Below, piece after piece: positions 57,479-64,000 of a DNA stretch of 64,000 bases. Within the stretch, counting starts at the first letter, position 1; each line of letters opens with the position of its first letter. The notes under the pieces are model-generated. The model saw only the letters and a list, made by a program, of their open reading frames with translations. It was not told the DNA's origin and did no database searches. Source of the DNA: Candidatus Omnitrophota bacterium (GTDB taxonomy: Bacteria > Omnitrophota > Gorgyraeia > 1-14-0-20-64-10); assembly GCA_016201735.1 (NCBI GenBank), contig JACQCH010000011.1, forward strand, positions 1,291-65,290. The letters run 5' to 3'. The position numbers were made by a program, and so were the translations under genes.

Positions 57479-58585
57479 TTGGAAATTCAGACGATGGGAA
57501 GACAGTTGGCTCGAAAATGTTTAGAAGGGGTGAACTCTTACTCTCCGGGAAAACCGATTGAGGAGGTCCAGAGGGAGTACGGGCTTTCCCGGGCCGTCAA
57601 GCTGGCCTCCAACGAGAACCCGTTGGGGCCCAGCCCCAGGGCGCTGGAGGCGATCCGGCGGGCCCTGCCGAACCTACACCGGTATCCGGACAGCCACTGC
57701 TTTTACCTGGTCCGGGAATTGTCCCGCCACTGGGGCCTGCCGCCGGAGCAGTTCTTGGTCGGCAACGGTTCCGATGAGCTGATCACTCTGGCGGCCCGGG
57801 CGTTCCTGGATCCGGGGGATGAAGTGGTGATCGCCGAACCCACCTTCCTCATCTACCGGATCGCCGCGCAGATCGCCGGGGCCCGGGTGAAGGTGGTAAA
57901 ATCCAAGCAGTTCCGTTACGATCTGGCCGGGATGCGCCGGGCGGTGACCCCCCGGACCCGGCTGGCCTTTATCGCCAACCCGGACAATCCGACCGGGACC
58001 TACGTGACCAAGGCGGAGGTGGACGCCTTTATGGAGGACCTTCCACCGGGGGTCATCGTTTTTCTGGATGAGGCCTACGCGGAGTTAGTGGATGCGCCGG
58101 ACTATCCGGATTCCCGGCTCTATTTGGACCGCCGGCCGGTGATCCTCACCCGAACCTTCTCGAAGGCCTATGGGTTAAGCGGCATCCGGGTCGGTTACGG
58201 GATCGGATCACCGGAGCTGATCCAGGCGATGCAGAAGGTGCGGGAGCCGTTCAACGTGAACAGTCTTGCCCAGGCGGCCGCGGCGGCCGCCCTGGAGGAT
58301 TCCGAGCATCTGGAAACGACCCGGCGTCTCCTGCGGGAGCAGAAGCCGGTTCTCTATCGGGCGCTGGAGGAGCTGGGATTTTCCTGCGTCCCGAGCGCCA
58401 CGAACTTTATCCTTTTTCATGTGGGTCCGCGGGCCGGTCGGCTGGTTCAGGCGCTGCTGAAGCGCGGAATCATTGTCCGGGACATGCTGGCCTGGGATCT
58501 GCCGGAATACATCCGGGTGACCGTGGGGTTGCCCGAGGAAAACCAAGCATTTATCCAAGCAGTCAAAGAGGAGTCAATCAAATGA
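57479..58585 (+). CDS. hisC: histidinol-phosphate / aromatic aminotransferase (class II)
   Basis: LASNENPLGPSP motif and PLP-lysine region (…FSKAYGLSGIRVGY). Embedded in an aromatic amino acid cluster, so it may act on aromatic substrates. Confidence 0.8.
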   Translation: MEIQTMGRQLARKCLEGVNSYSPGKPIEEVQREYGLSRAVKLASNENPLGPSPRALEAIRRALPNLHRYPDSHCFYLVRELSRHWGLPPEQFLVGNGSDELITLAARAFLDPGDEVVIAEPTFLIYRIAAQIAGARVKVVKSKQFRYDLAGMRRAVTPRTRLAFIANPDNPTGTYVTKAEVDAFMEDLPPGVIVFLDEAYAELVDAPDYPDSRLYLDRRPVILTRTFSKAYGLSGIRVGYGIGSPELIQAMQKVREPFNVNSLAQAAAAAALEDSEHLETTRRLLREQKPVLYRALEELGFSCVPSATNFILFHVGPRAGRLVQALLKRGIIVRDMLAWDLPEYIRVTVGLPEENQAFIQAVKEESIK

Positions 58586-59595
58586 TTATCGTCTTAAAGC
58601 CGGAAGCAACCGAAGCGCAGATCAAACACATTGTCACCAAGGTGAAGTCGATCGGGTTAAAGCCGATGATTTCCCGGGGCGCGGAACGGACGATCATCGG
58701 TGTGATCGGGGAGGAGGACCTTCTCCGGGTTCAGCCGCTCGAGGTTTTTCCCGGGGTGGAGAAGGTAATGCCGGTTCTGGCTCCCTACAAGCTGGTCTCC
58801 AGGGAGTTCAAGCCGGCCGACACCATCATCGAGGTCAATGGGGTCAAGATCGGCGGCAAGAAGGTAGCCGTTTTAGCCGGTCCTTGCGCCATCGAAAATT
58901 TCGAGCTGCTGCTTTCCATCGCCCGAAGCGTTAAGAAAGCGGGCGCTTCCGTTTTAAGGGGCGGAGCCTTCAAGCCCCGGACCTCCCCCTACAGTTTCCA
59001 GGGACTTGGGGAAGAGGGGCTGAAATTCCTGGCGGAGGCGAAGAAACGGACCGGTCTTCCGGTCATCACGGAGCTGATGGACCTGCGGGACCTGGAGCTC
59101 ATCGAGCGGCACGCCGACATCATCCAGATCGGGGCCCGCAACATGCAGAACTTCGATCTCCTGAAGGAGGTGGGGCGCTCCAAGAAGCCGGTTCTTTTGA
59201 AGCGGGGCATGGCGGCGACCATCAAGGAGTGGCTCCTCTCGGCCGAGTACATTCTCCAGAACGGGAATTTCAACGTGATCCTCTGCGAACGGGGCATCCG
59301 GACCTTCGAGACGGAGGCCCGCTACACCCTCGACATCAACGCGGTGCCGCTCATCAAATCCTTGAGCCACCTGCCGATCGTCGTGGACCCGAGCCACAGC
59401 AGCGGCCGGTGGGGACTGGTGCCCGCGATCGCCAAAGCAGCCGTTGCGGCGGGGGCGGATGGGATCATCGTCGAAGTCCACGCCAAGCCGGAAGAGGCCC
59501 TCTGCGACGGGCCTCAATCGATGCTCCCGGAGAAATTCGCGAAGCTCATGGTGGAGCTTCGGAAAGTCGCCCGGGCCGTCGGCCGGGAGATATGA
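58582..59595 (+). CDS. aroF: 3-deoxy-7-phosphoheptulonate (DAHP) synthase, type I-beta with N-terminal regulatory domain
   Basis: KDO8PS-like TIM-barrel motifs (AGPCAIE, KPRTSPYSFQG, DPSHS). An N-terminal ACT/FL-like segment of about 80 aa. Confidence 0.85.
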   Translation: MIIVLKPEATEAQIKHIVTKVKSIGLKPMISRGAERTIIGVIGEEDLLRVQPLEVFPGVEKVMPVLAPYKLVSREFKPADTIIEVNGVKIGGKKVAVLAGPCAIENFELLLSIARSVKKAGASVLRGGAFKPRTSPYSFQGLGEEGLKFLAEAKKRTGLPVITELMDLRDLELIERHADIIQIGARNMQNFDLLKEVGRSKKPVLLKRGMAATIKEWLLSAEYILQNGNFNVILCERGIRTFETEARYTLDINAVPLIKSLSHLPIVVDPSHSSGRWGLVPAIAKAAVAAGADGIIVEVHAKPEEALCDGPQSMLPEKFAKLMVELRKVARAVGREI

Positions 59596-59605
59596 AGCGC
59601 CAATA

Positions 59606-60472
59606 ATGTCCCGCCCGCTCTTTCATCAAATCACCATCGTTGGTCTGGGCTTGATCGGGGGTTCGCTCGGGATGGCGGTCCGCCGGCGCAAGCTGGCCCG
59701 CTGCGTGATTGGATTCGCCCGGACAGAGGCGACCGTCCGGCGGGCAAAGGCAAGGGGTGCGGTGGATGACGGCTGCACGGAGCTTTGCCCCGACTGGCTC
59801 GGCTCCTCCGATTTGGTGGTGATCGCGACTCCGCCGCTGTCAGTCGTTCCCATCGCCCGGCAGGTTGCGCGGCTGACCTCCCACCGCTTTATCCTTACCG
59901 ACGTCGCCAGCACGAAGGGTCAGATCATCTCGCGGCTCGAGCGGATCCTGCCGTCCCGGATCTCCTATATAGGAAGCCATCCGATGGCCGGATCGGAGCG
60001 TTCCGGAGTGGAGGCGGCCGATCCCCGTTTGTTTGAAGGGGCCGCTTGCATTTTGACCCGGATGTCTAGGACTTCATCGGGGGCCCTTTCGAAGGTGGCT
60101 TCACTCTGGAGAAAGGTGGGGGGCCGCTCCATGGTTTTATCGCCGGCTCGGCACGATGCCCTTGTCGCCCAAGTCAGCCACGTCCCGCATCTGGCGGCGG
60201 CGGGACTGGTATTGGGAAGCCGTCCTGAATCATTGGATCTTGCCGCCGGCGGGTTCTCCGACTTGACGCGAATCGCTCTCTCGGACCCTGCGATGTGGAA
60301 CGAGATCTGCCGAACGAATCGCCATGAACTAAAGAAGGCGTTGGAACAGTTCATCGGTCAGATGAACCGGTTTAAAGGACTGCTTTCCAGCCCGGATGGA
60401 TCCAAGCTGCTCGGTTTACTGCGTCTGGCCCAGCGGCGGAGGCGGCAGCTTCGAATAAAAGGAGGCGGGTGA
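59606..60472 (+). CDS. tyrA: prephenate/arogenate dehydrogenase
   Basis: Rossmann motif IVGLGLIGGSLG. TyrA catalytic region (GSHPMAGSE). ATG 59606. The ORF-track 59444 start overlaps aroF. Confidence 0.85.
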   Translation: MSRPLFHQITIVGLGLIGGSLGMAVRRRKLARCVIGFARTEATVRRAKARGAVDDGCTELCPDWLGSSDLVVIATPPLSVVPIARQVARLTSHRFILTDVASTKGQIISRLERILPSRISYIGSHPMAGSERSGVEAADPRLFEGAACILTRMSRTSSGALSKVASLWRKVGGRSMVLSPARHDALVAQVSHVPHLAAAGLVLGSRPESLDLAAGGFSDLTRIALSDPAMWNEICRTNRHELKKALEQFIGQMNRFKGLLSSPDGSKLLGLLRLAQRRRRQLRIKGGG

Positions 60473-61182
60473 CGCCGCTGATCATCACCATCGATGGGCC
60501 GTCCGGGACCGGCAAATCCACGGCGGCCCGCCAGCTCGCCAAGCGGCTCGGCTACCTTTATCTCGACACCGGAGCGATGTACCGGGCGGTCGGCTTGAAG
60601 GCGCTCGAGAAGAAGATTCCCCTGACCGAGCGGGGCGCGTTGGTTAAACTGGCCGCGCGCAGCCGGATCACTTTCCGGGTGGACCCGGGCCACCGGCTGA
60701 GGGTTCTTCTCGATGGGGCCGACGTGACGGAGGCGATCCGGCGGCCGGAGGTTTCCGAGGCCGCTTCAAGGGTAGCCACGATTCCCGCCCTCCGGCGGGC
60801 CTTGGTCCGCCAGCAAAAGGGGCTGGGCGCCCGCGGCCGGGTGGTGGCGGAGGGTAGGGACACCGGGACGGTGGTTTTTCCATCCGCTCCCTTGAAGTTT
60901 TTCTTGACGGCCAGCGCCAAAGAACGGGCCCGGCGGCGTTTGAATGATCTGCGCAAGATGGGACACCCGGCCAGCCTCTCCCAGGTTCTCGAGGAGGTCA
61001 AACGCCGGGACCTCCGGGACCGGCATCGGACCGCCTCGCCGTTGCGCGTTCCCAAAGGGGCGGTTCGGATCGACAACACGGGGTTGAAATCCAACCAAGT
61101 CATTGCTATAATGGTGGATTATGCTCAAAGAATCCTTCACCGCAACCGCCGAAGGGGCATTCATGGACGACGAGCTGTCTAA
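60469..61182 (+). CDS. cmk: cytidylate kinase
   Basis: P-loop ITIDGPSGTGKST and the CMP-binding region. Immediately upstream of rpsA, the classic arrangement. Confidence 0.9.
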   Translation: MTPLIITIDGPSGTGKSTAARQLAKRLGYLYLDTGAMYRAVGLKALEKKIPLTERGALVKLAARSRITFRVDPGHRLRVLLDGADVTEAIRRPEVSEAASRVATIPALRRALVRQQKGLGARGRVVAEGRDTGTVVFPSAPLKFFLTASAKERARRRLNDLRKMGHPASLSQVLEEVKRRDLRDRHRTASPLRVPKGAVRIDNTGLKSNQVIAIMVDYAQRILHRNRRRGIHGRRAV

Positions 61183-62809
61183 ACTTTACGAAGAGAGCTT
61201 TCGGGAGATCGAGGAAGGCCAGATCGTCAAGGGCCGGATCATCGGCTTGACCGAGACCGACATCCTCGTCGATGTCGGCTACAAATCCGAAGGGTCGATC
61301 TCACTGGAGGAGTTTGACGATCCCTCCGTCCTGAAGGTGGGGGATCCCATTGAGGTTTTCCTGGAGACCGTCGAGGACGATGAAGGGTTCATTGTCCTCT
61401 CCAAGCGGAAGGCCGAGAAGGCGAAAGGGTGGGAGCGTCTTCTGGCCATGGCCAAGGAGGGGGACCTGCTGGAAGGTAAGGTCACCCGCAAGGTCAAGGG
61501 AGGCCTGATGGTGGATGTCGGGGGGGTGGAGGCCTTCCTGCCTGCTTCTCAGGTGTTCCTCCGGGGCTTCGGGAATTTGGATGCCCTCGTGGGACAAACG
61601 ATGAACGTCATCATCATCAAAGTCCATAAGGCCCGGAAGAACCTCGTTGTTTCCCGGCGAGAAGCCCTCCTCAAAGAAAGAGAGTCGATGCGGCACAAAC
61701 TCCTGGATGAGCTGGAGGTGGGCCAGGTTCGCCAGGGAGTGGTCAAGAACATCACGGACTTCGGGGCCTTCATCAGCTTAGGCGGCGTGGACGGGCTTCT
61801 CCATATCACCGACATGAGTTGGGGCCGGGTCAACCACCCCAGCGAGGTGGTCTCCGTCGGGCAGAAACTGGACATCATGATCCTCGGATTCGACCGGGAA
61901 ACCTCCAAGATCTCCCTGGGCTTAAAACAGCTTCAGCCCAACCCCTGGGAGCAGGTGGAGGCCCGTTACCCGGTCGGCACCCGCCTCAAGGGGAAGGTCG
62001 TCAGTCTCATGCCTTACGGCGCCTTCGTTGAATTGGAAAAGGGGTTGGAGGGGCTGGTTCACATCTCCGAGTTTTCCTGGACCAAACGGCCCTCCCATCC
62101 GAGCGAGATCGTCAAGGTGGGCGATGAGGTGGAGTGCGTCATCCTCAGTGTGGACCGGGAGAATCAGAAGATCGCCCTGGGGATGAAGCAGATGGAGGCC
62201 AATCCCTGGGAGGCGTACGTCAAGGAGCACCCGGTGGGCAGCCGCGTGACCGGCCGGGTTCAACACCTGACCGAGTACGGGGCCTTCGTTGAATTGGCCG
62301 AAGGGATTGAAGGGCTGCTGCACGTGCAGGATCTTTCCTGGACCCGCCGGTTCAACCATCCGTTTGAATGCCTCAAGAAAGGGCAGGAAGTCGAGGTCGT
62401 GATCCTTTCGGCCGATCCGGAAAACCGGAAGATCGCTTTAAGCATCAAGTCCCTGACCCCCGATCCATGGCCCACGATCGCCGGCCGATTCCCGACCGGC
62501 ACGTCGGTGCAGGGGGTCGTCACGAAGATCGCTCCTTTCGGGATCTTCGTCGAGATCGAGAAGGATCTGGACGGGCTGGTTCATTTATCGGAACTGCCGG
62601 TCGAGCTGCCGGCCCACTTAAAAGGGCGCACCCGGCGCAAGCCCCAGGCCCCCGCATCCCCCGCGGCAGTCGAGGCAGCCGATCCCCAGGGACAGGCGGT
62701 CGCCGCCTTTCTTGAGACCCAGTTTAAGGTAGGCGATACCGTGCAGGCCCGCGTCCTCCGGATCGATGAAGAGCAGCGCCGGATCGCCCTCAGCCTCAAG
62801 CGCGCCTAG
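61163..62809 (+). CDS. rpsA: 30S ribosomal protein S1 (six S1 domains)
   Basis: Start at ATG 61163 gives an N-terminus collinear with E. coli S1 (MDDELSKLYEESFREIE…). Repeated S1 modules. Confidence 0.95.
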   Translation: MDDELSKLYEESFREIEEGQIVKGRIIGLTETDILVDVGYKSEGSISLEEFDDPSVLKVGDPIEVFLETVEDDEGFIVLSKRKAEKAKGWERLLAMAKEGDLLEGKVTRKVKGGLMVDVGGVEAFLPASQVFLRGFGNLDALVGQTMNVIIIKVHKARKNLVVSRREALLKERESMRHKLLDELEVGQVRQGVVKNITDFGAFISLGGVDGLLHITDMSWGRVNHPSEVVSVGQKLDIMILGFDRETSKISLGLKQLQPNPWEQVEARYPVGTRLKGKVVSLMPYGAFVELEKGLEGLVHISEFSWTKRPSHPSEIVKVGDEVECVILSVDRENQKIALGMKQMEANPWEAYVKEHPVGSRVTGRVQHLTEYGAFVELAEGIEGLLHVQDLSWTRRFNHPFECLKKGQEVEVVILSADPENRKIALSIKSLTPDPWPTIAGRFPTGTSVQGVVTKIAPFGIFVEIEKDLDGLVHLSELPVELPAHLKGRTRRKPQAPASPAAVEAADPQGQAVAAFLETQFKVGDTVQARVLRIDEEQRRIALSLKRA

Positions 62810-62852
62810 CCCACCGCTGCATTCCCATGCTGCCGTTCGTGCCCCAGTTCTC

Positions 62853-64000
62853 ATGAAATCTCCCTCTGATCAACTCTCCCTCCTGAAGCGGGGAGTCTCC
62901 GAGTTGATCTCCGAGGAGGAGCTCAAAACAAAACTTTCCCGCGGGAAACCCCTGGTCGTCAAGGCCGGTTTTGATCCGACGGCGCCCGACCTTCATCTGG
63001 GCCACATTGTTCTCTTAAGGAAGCTCGCCCATTTTCAGCAGATGGGCCATCAGATCGTCTTTCTGATCGGCGACTACACCGGGATGATTGGGGATCCTTC
63101 CGGGCGGACGGAGGATCGCCCCGCTTTAACCCCCGCCCAGGTGCTTGCCAACGCCAAAACGTACAAGGCCCAGGTGAGCAAGGTCCTCAACGTCAAGAAG
63201 ATCCAGGTCCGGTTCAACAGCGAATGGCTGGGCCCGTTGCGGCTGGCCGACTTCCTGGCGATCGCCAACAAGCTCACGATCCCCCGCCTCCTGGAACGGG
63301 ACGATTTCACAGAGCGCCTCAAGAAAGGGGCCTCCCTGACCGTCACCGAGTCGATCTATCCCCTCCTGCAGGCGTACGACTCCGTCGCTTTAAAAGCCGA
63401 CGTGGAGCTCGGAGGCACCGACCAGAAATTCAACCTCCTTCTGGGCCGGGCCCTCCAGGAACGGTTTCGGCAGGAACCCCAGGTGGTGATCACGATGCCC
63501 CTCTTGGAAGGGACCGACGGGGTCGCCAAGATGTCCAAGTCGTTCAAGAACGCCATCGGAATTACCGAACCGGCCGATCAGATCTACGGAAAGGTGATGT
63601 CCGTTCCGGATTCCCTGATGCTCCGGTACTACGAACTCCTGACCGAGGAGGATCTGGCGGCGGTCAAGGGGATGCACCCGATGCAGGCCAAAGAGCGGCT
63701 GGCTTTCCTGTTGACGGCCCAATTCCACGGCAAGGAGGCCGCGCAAGGCGCGCAGGACCAGTTCACCAAGGTGTTCCGCCAGAGAGAACAGCCGGCCGAG
63801 GTTCCGGAATTCAAGATTCCCGATTCATTCATCAAGGATGGAAAAGTTTGGATCGTTGCCTTGATGGTGGAGGCGGGCCTGGCTCCCTCCAAGGCCCAGG
63901 CCCGCCGTCTGATTCAGCAAGGGGGCGTGGATTTGGACGGAAAGAAACTGACCGATCCGGAAATTTCCTTGGGGATCAAACCTGGCTCCGTCCTCAAAGT
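62853..64000 (+). CDS. tyrS: tyrosyl-tRNA synthetase, 3' end beyond window
   Basis: Hand-translated open frame. HIGH motif (PDLHLGHIV) and KMSKS (AKMSKSF). The frame remains open to nt 64000. Confidence 0.9.
   Translation, partial: MKSPSDQLSLLKRGVSELISEEELKTKLSRGKPLVVKAGFDPTAPDLHLGHIVLLRKLAHFQQMGHQIVFLIGDYTGMIGDPSGRTEDRPALTPAQVLANAKTYKAQVSKVLNVKKIQVRFNSEWLGPLRLADFLAIANKLTIPRLLERDDFTERLKKGASLTVTESIYPLLQAYDSVALKADVELGGTDQKFNLLLGRALQERFRQEPQVVITMPLLEGTDGVAKMSKSFKNAIGITEPADQIYGKVMSVPDSLMLRYYELLTEEDLAAVKGMHPMQAKERLAFLLTAQFHGKEAAQGAQDQFTKVFRQREQPAEVPEFKIPDSFIKDGKVWIVALMVEAGLAPSKAQARRLIQQGGVDLDGKKLTDPEISLGIKPGSVLK

Overview
High-GC (about 60-65%) bacterial chromosomal window in which essentially every credible gene lies on the + strand. 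The flanks are ordinary housekeeping operons. Left flank (1-13.5 kb): an LPS/KDO cluster (kdsD, kdsC, two PilN/PilO-like membrane proteins, an OstA-like LptA/LptC lipoprotein, lptB, hpf, with no rpoN), then tig-clpP, a class V aminotransferase with serA, purA, an H+-pyrophosphatase and a secreted hypothetical. Right flank (38-64 kb): an MntA/HepT toxin-antitoxin pair, peptidoglycan-binding and OmpA-type envelope proteins, a DUF4912 + GH57 branching-enzyme pair, uppS-cdsA-dxr-rseP-ispG-proS, rimP-nusA-infB, trpS-scpA-scpB, an aromatic amino acid cluster (chorismate mutase, pheA, hisC-like, DAHP synthase, tyrA), cmk-rpsA and the start of tyrS. The centre (13.6-38.0 kb) is the unusual part. Two tandem giant ORFs (about 16.8 kb / 5615 aa and about 7.1 kb / 2368 aa) each begin with a Sec-type signal peptide and encode mosaic proteins. 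Giant 1 carries a WD40 propeller, HEAT-like repeats, a UDP-glucose-dehydrogenase-like Cys motif, a RimK-like ATP-grasp ligase, a GHMP-kinase motif and a GHKL ATPase. Giant 2 carries a fructose-1,6-bisphosphate aldolase/phosphatase-like domain, a HAD phosphatase and a response-regulator receiver. Both proteins are cut into modules by a conserved Pro/Ala-rich A-(A/S)-G-(L/M)-E-E junction motif that recurs 15 times (9 + 6). It is encoded by varying synonymous codons and I did not see it in any of the roughly 45 other proteins in the window, so it is a candidate polyprotein-processing, docking or linker signal of an undescribed system. The window also holds several structured intergenic elements: a MITE-like 275-bp element with 28-32-nt terminal inverted repeats, a three-member family of covarying hairpins with CGAAG loops placed immediately 5' of gene starts, and an RBS-sequestering nested hairpin between infB and trpS. 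No rRNA, tRNA or CRISPR array was recognised.
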